Of a DNA stretch of 64,000 nucleotides, positions 10,811-22,099 are shown piece by piece. The translations under genes were made by a program, and so were the position numbers. Origin of the DNA: Rhizophagus irregularis. Its lineage: Eukaryota. Positions within the stretch are counted from its first letter, which is position 1, and every line of letters begins with the position of its first letter. The stretch spans positions 4,092,001 to 4,156,000 of the forward strand of contig NC_089435.1 in the NCBI RefSeq assembly GCF_026210795.1, given 5' to 3'. The notes beneath the pieces were generated by a model. The model ran no database searches. It worked only from the letters and a program-made list of their open reading frames with translations, and was not told the origin of the DNA.

Positions 10811-13783
10811 CTAGTTTTTTTTTATAGGCTGGCTATCTACTGCAAAAACATTACGTTGTGCCTTATGTACAGAGAGAGGAATTGAGACAACCTGTCCATT
10901 TACATTTGCTTTGAACTCACCCTTTACTACAGGTTCCCAACCTGCACGATACTGCCACTGTGTACCAAGTATTAGCAATGATTTGTCCTTACCATTTCGA
11001 TCCTTCTCGGTAGGTATAACAGAGAATTCGTCTGATATAGTGACTGTATTTGTACCTTCACCGATAGTTATGGGAATTTCATTGATAGTGCCAAGAGTTT
11101 TGGTTGATCCAGCTACACCATTAAGTGCATGTATATTCTTTTGATCTATTTTGAGACCTAGATGCTTAGCTACATTTTTAGAGATTACTGAAGAGTCAGA
11201 CCCTGTATCGATCATAGCATAGGGTATGCATACATTTTTGATTTTACAGGAAATGGTCGCTACATCATTGGGATCATCTAACTGGAGAAAGTTGATTTCT
11301 AAGGGTCTTGGCCAGTATAGGTTTTTCTGCTGATAGGCACGTATTGCATGGTTCAGTGTTTTGTCTTCTTTCTGTTCTACTTCAGATGGTACATCTGCAG
11401 GAGGAGTTGGTAATAGTGAAGTTGCTGTATTTACAGCATGAGCTAGAGGAGATAAAATGTCTTGCATATTTGCTGAAAGAACATCCCAGAGTTTCTTTCT
11501 TTCACTAACTGGATAGTCACTAACAAAATGGTTTAAAAGCGGGTCTTTCAGATTCTTATATGCTTGATTGGTATAAGCATTAATCTGTAGGAGGATTTCT
11601 TTAGGACATTGTGCTGCTAGTGAAGCAATTATAGACTTCAGTGCTGCATGAAAGACTTCATCAGTTTTCTTGAGAATAGGTTCTCTTTTAGATTTGGAAG
11701 TACGGGATTTCTTCCCTTTGTTTTTTACTGAAACTCCACGTTGACGAGTTTTTTTTACACTAAAGCAATTCTGAGGTTCATCCTCCTCCTCCTCTTCTTC
11801 CTTCAGTTAACTCTTCCTCAGTTTCTTCATCAGTTTACATCGCTTTCGATTCTTCGTAGTCAACTATGTGAGTATTGTTAACTTTCTTAGCAGCACTCGT
11901 GGAGCAGGCTTGTTCTTGGAATGACCTGTTCTACCGCAGTTTGAGCAATGACGTTTAGGAGAAGATTTGGTTGTCTTTGTCACCTTTTAACCTGACCAGT
12001 TCCAAAGTGATCTTTTCTTAGATGTTGTGTTTGTCCACCTAACTTTCTGGTAAGATCACTCTCAATGAAAGTATGTATTGCTACGGGATTTGTTATGTCG
12101 CCAGTATAGCCAAGACGTCCTGCTATATCTGCAAGCTTTTCTAATGCAGTTCTATTCTGTGGTTGTTCTACTATAGTGGTTGGATTTTTTATTTTTCGCT
12201 TCATCTACCATTTATTACGCAACTCATTAAAGAAAGCATCAAGATCGCGGAGCGGCAACTACGCTGCGTTTAAAAGCGTCGAGGCAAATGATTATATAGA
12301 TAAGGTAAAATTTCGGCGTATACTTGTCCTTTGTCTAATGATCGAATTCTTTTTGCATATGTATCTGGTGTATCTATAGGAGAAAATGATTCGTTCATGA
12401 GTGCTATTATAGCACCTTGATTTGTTCCAACCGTCGCATCTCATATTTTCCTTGCAGCCAGTTTAGAAAGCTCTGGTTCTGTATTAATAGCAGCATTGCC
12501 ATTATATGGATTATTTACTGGAACAGGGAATAAATCTACCAGACATTTTATTTTTCATGACATTGCTCCTCATAGCGACATTAAAACCAGCAAAAGCTAG
12601 TGGACGAGCCATCTGCATTGACAGCTCAAGCTTTTGGTAATAAGAGTCTGGCGAACTCTTGTCCATCGTAAAATGGTGCTTGTGCAAGACCTGGTGATAT
12701 AGTATGCATGACATCTTGTATTGTAGCCATGTTTGGAGGATTGTTTTGTAACGCTAATATTTGTTGTTGTAAATTTAAAATATTTTGGGCTTGTGCTTGC
12801 ACTTAGGTCTGTGAAATCCTATATTGTCTTTGCCAGTTTTGTGCCTGACGTATACAACCTGCATGCCTTCTTCTCCAACGTTCTGTATCAGCATTATAGC
12901 GTAACATCAGCCTATGTGCATTCCTTCTATGCTCAGCTATCTGATTCTGTTGGTTTGTTATCTGATTCTGTTGGTTTGCCAGTTGTGCATCTTTACGTCT
13001 ATTCAGAAAACGTATACCTAGATTGGCTATTTGTATTCCTGCAATACGTGCTTGATTCTGTTGTGCAACAGTTTCCCAGTGTCTACGAGCATTTCTCTCA
13101 TATGTAAAATTATCACGTACTCTTATTAAGTCTTGATTAAGAGCATTTGTACGATCTAAAGATTCTCCAAGTAATGTCTGCAATCCTTCTATCTGATTTA
13201 GTTGGTCTACACCAATTTCTTGCATTAAAGCAGCTTGACGAATAATTTCATCAAGACTTTGAGTGGTAGCATTAAAGACATCATCTATGTCTTGTGGAAT
13301 TGGAATCCTATTCCGATCAAAAAATAGTCGAATCTCAGATACACAATCTGCAACTGCCCGTCGGCGGTCTAGTATTCTTAGAATAGGATTGAATAATTCA
13401 TTATCTTCATCCATTTCTATCTTTCCTTTACATAAAGATAATTCTTGAATGCGTTTTTTGAGTTTATCTACTATGTATTCAAGCTGAATGATACGTTCAT
13501 CCTGGGTAACAAGTGCCTCTTCCTTTAACTCTAAGTGATCTCGATACTTTCCAAGTTCAACTAAAGTGGACTGACACTCTGCTTTTATCTGATCGATCTC
13601 ATCCTCACGTGAAACAAGATTTTTTTCAAGATAGAAGATATATCGTTCACATGCCTCTATCTCCTTTGTGAGTTTACGGATTTTCTCCTTATTGGAAATA
13701 TTATTTGTTTCCTCTTGAACTAGCTGTTTGCGCAAATCAAAGTTGCTATTTAACAAATCAAGATATGCCTGTTCAACTCCCAT
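10811..13783 (-). pseudogene. Coiled-coil / Gag-like / CCHC knuckle / retropepsin polyprotein of the outer element (frameshifted)
   Basis: N-terminal coiled coil homologous to 50466-51323 (RRNAHRL..RYN..TER.RRR); knuckle CSNCGRTGH at ~11920-11950; acidic tract; protease motifs AMIDTGSDSS and LILGTQW; several frameshifts between 12800 and 11800. Confidence 0.85.
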
Positions 13784-14362
13784 TGATTCCTATTATTCCA
13801 ATAGATTCTGATGAAGCACGAAATGTAGAGGTGACTTCGACTTTATGCAGAATATTTTATCAACCATCTGGATATCAGAGGACTGCCAAAAAATTGTATC
13901 AGACATCATAAAATGCTGGATATGATTTCACTTTGGATGAAGTGGAGGATTGGCTTGAAAGACAGGCAGTACATCAAGTCCACAAACCTCGTCCCCGAAT
14001 TATCCCTCGTGTAAGTTTTAGTTCTATACAAGTTCCCAATGAAGTTCATCAAGCTGACATTTTGTATATGCCATATGACAAGGTTGGACATGTGACTTAT
14101 CTTTTCTGTCTCAATATAATTGATATAGCATCGAGGTATAAAGAAAGTGTCCCTATAGGTTCAACCAGTGTTAAAGATCAACAGGGAATCCTAACTTCTC
14201 ATACTATTGCTCGGGCTTTTGAAAAGGTATATGATGATACAACATGTCTGCTCACTTGGCCAAAATTATTGATTACAGATAGGGGTTCAGAGTTTAAAGG
14301 TGAGTGTGAAAAGCTGATGACTTCCCATGGTGTAAAGATTCAGAAGGCCAAGTCTAAGCGTA
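13765..14362 (+). pseudogene. rve/DDE integrase of the outer element, 5' part
   Basis: Motifs FYQPSGY, HQADILYMP, IDIASRYK, ITDRGSEFKG; one in-frame TAA at 13909; interrupted after KSKR by the inner element. Confidence 0.9.
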
Positions 14363-16230
14363 AGTAGTATGAAAACCCCAATTCTGGCTCACCTACTTAT
14401 CTCATAATCTAAACCGTTTATTAATATTTTCACCTACTTATATACTACATATTTTATAACCTAAATCACCTTTTTTATATTTTTACCTACTTATATCCTA
14501 CTTATTTCATAATCTAAATCATATGTGCCGATTTTTGGAATTAGTCTAAATTAAGATTTTTATAAAAATTTAATATTTTAGTAAGATTAACATTACACAA
14601 ATCTAAATTAAATATGTGTTACATATTTACGTAACTCAGATTTAATAAAAAATAAAAAAATTTTTTTAATCAATATTCAAAAATAACGGTAATAACCACT
14701 TCTTTTTCCCCATCACTCCCATCACTTTTCCATCATTTTTCTATTCACTTTTATTAAATATGACAAAAAAGTTTATAAGCAAATATAGCAGTTATTTTTA
14801 AGTGGTAAGTAAAAGAAAAAACTTAATATTTTATATACATAGATAAGACATATTTTTTCATAATTTTTAGCTTTAATTTATTGTTTTTTCTTTGTAAAAA
14901 ATACATGCAAATAAAAAATAATTATGATGTAAAATAGTTGTAAAATGAATAATAAGATATTCTTTTTTTTAAAATAACTAATTATATATTTGTTTTTTAT
15001 CTTTTAAAATTATTTCATTAGATTTATTCTACTAAAATCCTTAAATGGCAAATAAAATCTTTTAAATAAAGTAAAAGAATTTGGGATTCTTTTATGAAAG
15101 CATTTTTTGGTAAGAAATAAAATTTTCAGATCGGACTTTATGCAGGTGACAAAATCGTGCATTATTATTCCTGGAGATATGCTAACGTCATCATTTTACA
15201 TTCATTTGAAAGCTGAGAATTTGCTCTATCGTAAGAATCAAAGATCAGGAAAATTGGATCACTGGATGAGGCGTAATTAACGATCAAAGTCAAATCAAAT
15301 TTAAAAATTAAAAATAAATATATTAGACGTAATTATTCACAATCCAGTGATTCAATTCATTCGATTTTAGGCTTATTAGATAGACCTCAATTTTCTCTTT
15401 CAAATGAATATAATTTCATTCGTGTAGCTTGCATCTACAGGTATTTAATAAATTTTTTTATATCAGATTTTATCAAATTTATAAAATTTTATATTAATAA
15501 TATAATTGATGATTCCTAAACATCTACATATATTAAACGAATTATTTTAAATTTATTTTAAAGATAAAAGTTGGCATCACCTTAGGGAGCAAAGATCATT
15601 CAAATTGAATCACTATATGTGAAGTAATTAATGATCAAATTTAGATAAAATTCAATAATATACTGAACGTGATTACTGAACAACTAGTGATTCAATTCAC
15701 TTGATTTTAGATTCATTAGATAGATCTCGATTTTCTCTTTCAAATGAATGTAAATTTATTTGTATAGCTTATTTCTACGAAGAATTATCAATGATTTTGT
15801 CATGAGAGTTATATTTGATCTTTTAAATTTTAATGATATCTTATATTAAAAAAAAATTAAAAATTATATAATTAATTAGTTTTTTTTGCATTATCTGGTA
15901 TAAATTTATTATTCTTATATAAATGATAATTTATATTTGCTTTAATAAAATTATTTTTGTGTAAAAAAATTAGATTCCAAGGATCGGCCCATATGTCATT
16001 TATTAATATTTTCACCTACTTATATCCTACTTATTTCATAATCTAAATCATTTATTAATATTTTCACCTACTTACCCCAACCGAACAAGAAATAGGATTT
16101 CAAAGCCAACGGAGCTAAAAAAGGTAAAGAAATATTAACCCATCCAGGAAACCAGCCATGGAATCAATAGAGCGGAATAGCAAGGCAAGCAATTTCCCTT
16201 ATACCGAGAAAAAATGTAATTGAATAAAAG
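14363..16230 (+). repeat. Left TIR of the inner element (interrupted by a 1.48-kb insertion)
   Basis: 14363-14519 plus 15996-16230 is the reverse complement of 56018-56409; contains internal CCTACTTAT tandem subrepeats. Confidence 0.92.
14520..15995. mobile_element. Non-autonomous TIR element inserted in the left TIR
   Basis: Imperfect 22-bp TIRs CATATGTGCCGATTTTTGGAAT / ATTCCAAGGATCGGCCCATATG; absent from the right TIR; TSD ambiguous (T or TCAT); internal direct and inverted repeats at 15200-15780. Confidence 0.75.
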
Positions 16231-16269
16231 GTAGGTACCAAGTAACTATACAGATAAATAGTACATAAC

Positions 16270-16830
16270 ATGGTATATACCGCAGAAAAGTTAGCAACAA
16301 TCTTTGGCTGCACAGTCTCTGATCTTATGGCTATCAATAGGGAGATTCTAAAAAGCCACCAAACCCCGTACGCAGTATCAGTAATCCCCGAACTTGTGGG
16401 CCATATCCTGGAATACATTCCAAGTAGAAATTTCGGGACACATCTTCTAGAAGTCAGCCCAATCTGGAGAGCCGAAGCTGAACGAGTACTCTGGAAGCGG
16501 TGCATGCAAGCTGAGGAGGCATACGAACAGGTGGCAAATATATGTAAGAAAGCTGAAAGGGCTTTCTGGCGAGATTGTGCAGATGGTGGTATAAATTTTG
16601 ATAAACTTGACGATGAATCAACTAAAATTAGTCAAGAAAAGTATACCAGATTCGAAGAAATGGTAGTCATAGAACAAGCTATTCTCCATTGTAGTTTTAT
16701 ATCGAAAGAAACTAATAAGGGAGAATACATCCGAATGATGTGCAATTTTGAGTTATTTAAGGATGGGGATACTCCTGATGAGGATGCGTTCGGTAACTCG
16801 GATGATGATGACTCAGATGACGAGGAATAG
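16270..16830 (+). CDS. F-box-like protein with acidic tail, 186 aa (inner element)
   Basis: IPELVGHILEYI...LLEVSPIWRAEAERVLW resembles the F-box consensus; intact and intronless. Confidence 0.6.
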   Translation: MVYTAEKLATIFGCTVSDLMAINREILKSHQTPYAVSVIPELVGHILEYIPSRNFGTHLLEVSPIWRAEAERVLWKRCMQAEEAYEQVANICKKAERAFWRDCADGGINFDKLDDESTKISQEKYTRFEEMVVIEQAILHCSFISKETNKGEYIRMMCNFELFKDGDTPDEDAFGNSDDDDSDDEE

Positions 16831-16999
16831 ATTATATCCAGATAAATTTTAGAAGGTGATATTAACCCGCCTTCATCTTTTTTTTATCCTTCATCAGGAA
16901 TTTAAACACGGCATAATGTTCCGTAAGTTTACAGATTTTTGTAAAATTACGTACATTTACGGCATAATGTTTCGTAGATTTACGGATTTCCGTAAATCT

Positions 17000-18167
17000 A
17001 CGTAATTTTATGATCGAAATATTCTGAAATAATACGTGATCGTAAATGTTCCGAAGCATTACGGTCAAAATATTCCGTAATAATACGTGATCGTAAATGT
17101 TTCGAAACATTACGATCGAAATATTCCGTAATAATACGTGATCGTAAATGTTCCAAAGCATTACGATCGAAATATTCCGTAATAATATGATATCGCAATT
17201 GTTCCGAAGCATTACGATCGAAATATTCCGTAATAATACGTGATCAAAAATGTTCGAAGCATTACGATCGAAATATTCTGTAATAATACGTGATCGCAAT
17301 TGTTCCGAAGCATTACGATCGAAATATTCCGTAATAATACGTGATCGAAAATGTTCCGAAGCATTACGATCGAAATATTCCGTAATAATATGATATCGCA
17401 ATTGTTGAAGCATTACGATCGAAATATTCCGTAATAATACATGATCGTAAATGTTTCGAAACATTACGATCGAAATATTCCGTAATAATACGATATCGTA
17501 AATGTTTCGAAGCATTACGATCGAAATATTCCGTAATAATACGTGATCGTAAATGTTTTGAAACATTACGATCGAAATATTCCGTAATAATACGTGATCA
17601 TAAATGTTTCAAAACATTACGGTCAAAATATTCCGTAGAATTACGATATCGTAAATGTTCCGAAGCATTACGATCGAAATATTCCGTAATAATATGTGAT
17701 CGTAAATGTTTCGAAGCATTACGATCAAAATATTCCGTAATAATACGTGATCGTAAATGTTTCGAAACATTACGTCGAAATATTCCGTAATAATACGTGA
17801 TCGTAAATGTTTCGAAACATTACGGTCAAAATATTCCATAGAATTACGATATCGTAAATGTTCCAAAGTATTACGATCGAAATATTCCGTAATAATACGT
17901 GATCGTAAATATTTCGAAACATTACGATCGAAATATTCCGTAATAATATGATATCGCAATTGTTCCGAAGCATTACGATCGAAATATTCTGTAATAATAC
18001 GATATCGTAAATGTTCCGAAGCATTACGATCGAAATATTCTGTAGAATTATGATATCGCAATTGTTCCGAAGCATTACGATCGAAATATTCCGTAATAAT
18101 ACGTGATCGTAAATGTTTCAAGCATTACGGTCAAAATATTCCGTAATAATACGTGATCGTAAATATT
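17000..18167. repeat. Subterminal minisatellite (~51-bp unit, >20 copies)
   Basis: Unit TACGATCGAAATATTCCGTAATAATACGTGATCGTAAATGTTCCGAAGCAT. Confidence 0.95.
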
Positions 18168-18485
18168 AGCCCTGTTCATTTCTGGTCGGGTACATTTTTC
18201 GGTCGGATTTTGTTGTACAAAAATTATCCAATAAAATTTTTTTATTTTCAATCGCAAATTGAACTGCTTTAGATTGAAATTTAGTTCAAACTCCTTGTAT
18301 TTCCTGTAACTGATTTTGTTAGGATTAAAAAGGAAATTATAACTTATGTCTTTTTCTTAAATATCACGTAAACAGAAATTATCTAATTTTGGTTGGTTGT
18401 TTTTGGTATTCAAAACGGGCTAAAAGTTCAGAAAATGGTTGCGTTGTACACCGAAAAATGCGATCGACCGGAAATGAACAGGGCT
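18168..18485. mobile_element. PIF/Harbinger-like MITE (318 bp)
   Basis: TIRs AGCCCTGTTCATTTCTGGTCG / CGACCGGAAATGAACAGGGCT; 3-bp TSD ATT within the minisatellite unit. Confidence 0.8.
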
Positions 18486-18805
18486 ATTTTGAAGCGTTAC
18501 GGTCAAAATATTCTGTAATAAATTCAATAACTTATATTACGCTACGTAACTTATCTCATCTGGTAATTCAAGTTTCTAAAATAATCATTCTTATTTATTA
18601 CAATCGTAATATTTCACATTTACACAAAATAAAGTGGCCAACTACATAATGATCAAATATATTTTACCCGAACATGTATTTATTTATTGACTTGAAAATT
18701 ATCTCCTTTATTAAAATAAATGGGATATTAAAATATATGGGGGGATATTAAAATATAAAAAATATATGCGTAGTCAATTATTATTTTATTTTTTATATTG
18801 TTTTT

Positions 18806-20172
18806 TTAATCGCCTCATTCTTTTTTTTGTCTCTTCATCCGTACTACTTATATAAATTCTTCCGCCTTCCTCCTCGTCTTCTTCTCTTATCTCGTTTTCT
18901 TCCTCTTCTTGTAATACTTCTTCTGCTTCGTCCTCTACTTCTTCTGCTTCATCAACTTCTGCTGCTTCATCAACTCCTTTGTTTGTCTCTTCAGCTTCTT
19001 GGGAAGCTTCTATTTCGTCATTATCGGAATATGAATAATTATCCTTACTTGTAATTTTTTTCTAAGAAGTAAAACAAAATTAGTTTTTAAATATTACTAT
19101 TTATTCAAATTTCTAATGCTTACCAAATTCTTCGTTAAAACGGGTTTTATGACAGATTCTGTAACCTGAATATGTAAATTTTTCGGATTTAAAATAATTT
19201 CACAAATACTTATTGCATATGCAATTTGCATATTAGATAATTGATTTTTGCCTTTAAGTATTTGGAGGATTCTCGACATATATGTTTCTGGATCCGGATT
19301 CTTGATTTTTTTGAATAAATTACCGTAACAATTTTTCACGGCTGGGCTCCCTTTCCATTTTCTTATTTCGCTTTCCTTTAATGCCGTGTTTACGGCAGGG
19401 ATTGTGGGAAGGTTAAATTCTTTAAAAACGACATACATTATGTCTTTCACTTTAGAAGCTAAAGAACCCCGGGCACTACGATGTTTAGCTAGAAGCTAAA
19501 GAAAAGATTTTAAATTTAAATTTTAATAAATTAATGTAAAATCGTAATTTCTCAAAACTTACGGGAGAAGCAATGTTTTTTTCATAAAATATAATCCATT
19601 TATCATATCTTTTAAACCGTTTAATAAAATCATCGTAGTTTTCATTCATATAATTATTAGTGAACTCTCGAAGTTCATCGGGGGTAGGATATATTGAAGC
19701 TTCAAGTAACTTTTTAGCAACTTCTTTGATTATTTTCTATAATCAAGAATATAATGATTTAATGAGGAATTACTACTAAATGTTCAACCATGATTTATGT
19801 AAATATTTGTATTTTTGGGTCTTACCTTTATATATTCTTTATCCCCTTGATTACTATCATTATTTTTATCGACCGATTCTTCTACTTTCGATACTCTGTT
19901 TTCTAAAGCCTTTTGGTTGGAAATAATTATATCCAGTTTGGATAAAATTTTTGTATTCTGGCGCAATATTTTCGTTAAAGCTTCTTTATAACAGTAGAAT
20001 ATAAATAATATAAATAATAATATATTAGTAATAATTATTTTTATTTTTCAAAAATATATAATTTAACCAACCATTAATTAATTCATCGGAAGATTCGTCG
20101 GTTTTTCTCCGTTTGTCTACATGCTCGACTGTTTCAGTGTTTTTTTTTTTTTTTATTATTATTTTTGTCCAT
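18806..20172 (-). CDS. Multi-exon accessory protein of the Plavaka element (paralog of 26576 and 29416 genes)
   Basis: Exon ORFs 19784-19966 and 19097-19450. LPTIPAVNTALKESEIRKWKGSPAVKNCYGNLFKKI aligns with LPPINTNAEPSEVAKWKRKSEVKDCFEGLFKKM; acidic tail. Confidence 0.65.
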
Positions 20173-20254
20173 GATTGAAAAAATGAAAAAAAAAGAGAAA
20201 TTTAACAGATAGAAGAGAAGAAAGGAGTTTAACGGATGAATTGAGAGAGAAAAG

Positions 20255-20917
20255 AAAGGGGTTGGTTAATGGATAAAGGAGAGTTTGAAGGATGCCTGTG
20301 AAACAATAGCATGAGTTTTTTTTCTGTTAGTGGACTTGCATTGCGTTGCAAAATTTTTTTTTTTTTTTTTGAAAGGATTTGTTAAGGGGTGTGAAAAAGA
20401 AATAGAAAAGACATGAACTTGCATATATTTCTAAAAAAAAAAAAAATCTGGGAACATTTGCAAATCCAGTAGAAGAAAAAAGGTATAAAAAAAAAAAATC
20501 TGGGAACATTTGCAAATCCAGTAGAAGAAAAAAGGCATGAAATGAAAAATGAGCAAAACGCTCGAGAGACTAAATCTGCAGACAAAAAAGATGAGGACCA
20601 AGCCTAAACGGATAGATTGAAAGGGGTTGGTTAATGGATAAAGGAGAGTTTGAAGGATGCTTGTGAAACAATAGCATGAGTTTTTTTCTGTTAGTGGACT
20701 CGCATTGCGTTGCAAATTTTTTTTTTGAAAAGGATTTTGTTAAGGGGTGTGAAAAAGAAAATAGAAAAGACATGAACTTGCATATATTTCTAAAAAAAAA
20801 AAAAAAAAAAATCTGGGAACATTTGCAAATCCAGTAGAAGAAAAAAGGCATGAAATGAAAAATGAGCAAGACGCTCGAGAGACTAAATCTGCAGACAAAA
20901 AAGATGAGGACCAAGCC
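20255..20917. repeat. Direct duplication (~360 bp x2)
   Basis: GAAAGGGGTTGGTTAATGGATAAAGGAGAG...GATGAGGACCAAGCCTA occurs at ~20255 and ~20620. Confidence 0.85.
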
Positions 20918-21047
20918 TACAGAAGATGAACAGAAACAATGCATATTTATATATTTTATTGTTTGTAAATCTTTCTATATACTGTTGTTTGTTAAAAAAA
21001 ATTATTTGATCATTATGCGTAATGATCGACTACACAACAAGTTTAAT

Positions 21048-21515
21048 TTCATGCAAAGCCTATATATTTCTAGATCGCAATAAATATAAGGTTTTCATTA
21101 CATTTACAACAAAGTTAATAGATAAATGACAATCTTTCATGCAAAGCCCTACAATATTTCTAGATCCGAATAAACATTCAAATTTTATAAGGTTTTCGTT
21201 TACATTAAAGTTAATAGATAAATGACAATCTTTCATGCAAAGCCCTACAATATTTCTAGATCCGAAATATTTCGCAATAAATATTCAAATTTTATAAGGT
21301 TTTCGTTTACATTAAAGTTAATAGATAAATGACAATCTTTCATGCAAAGCCTACAATATTTCTAGATCCGAAATATTTCGCAATAAATATTCAAATTTTA
21401 TAAGGTTTTTGTTTACATTTACAACAAAGTAATAGATAAATGATAATCTTTCATGCAAAGCCCTACTATATTTCTAGATCCGAAATATCTCGCAATAAAT
21501 ATTCAGATTTTATAA
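21048..21515. repeat. Tandem repeat (~115-bp unit x4)
   Basis: Unit TAATAGATAAATGACAATCTTTCATGCAAAGCCCTACAATATTTCTAGATCCGAA. Confidence 0.85.
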
Positions 21516-22099
21516 AATAATAAGCTGTGCATGATTATAACGAAATTTTTCTAAGCTTATTAATTGATAAATATATAGAAAAATGCTTGTGGTCTTTTGA
21601 TGCACAACTATTGACCGAAAAAATGTATAACCAACCAGATCACAGTTACAATTGAGCACAATTTTTGATTGATCGGGTTGGTTATATATCCATAATAGCT
21701 TATGTTTATTATAAAATTAAAATCGATCAGGGGAAAACCAATTTTTGTAGATCTGATTAACCAGCTTATGTTTCCATTAACATGATCTGATCTATAGAGT
21801 TTCAAAAATAGGATTTTAGAGATTTTGGCTTATATTAGGCGAGGCTTATTTCAAATTTGAAATATAGCTTCGCCCGAAACTCACTTTATGATTATCGAAA
21901 TACGCCACTTTTCGTAGAAAAATTTAAAAAGAAATAAACTTTTCACAATGATCTACACCTGAGCCGGATCATGTTGTGGCTAATTATTTTTCGGCTAACT
22001 ACACCATTATGCAAACGTTTATAAATTGACATAAATGAGCAAATAATTTTTTAATTAATTTGTAAAGTTTAAATTCAAGTAAATAAAATACTCTTAAAA

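Noticed and set aside
10811..14362. Gag-PR-INT as an LTR retrotransposon
   Set aside because: No RT, RNase H, LTR or PBS was found. The integrase is on the opposite strand and is of Polinton type.
16862..18121. Long ORFs (234, 170 and 101 aa) with repeated peptides
   Set aside because: They are artefacts of the 51-bp minisatellite and are open in several frames.
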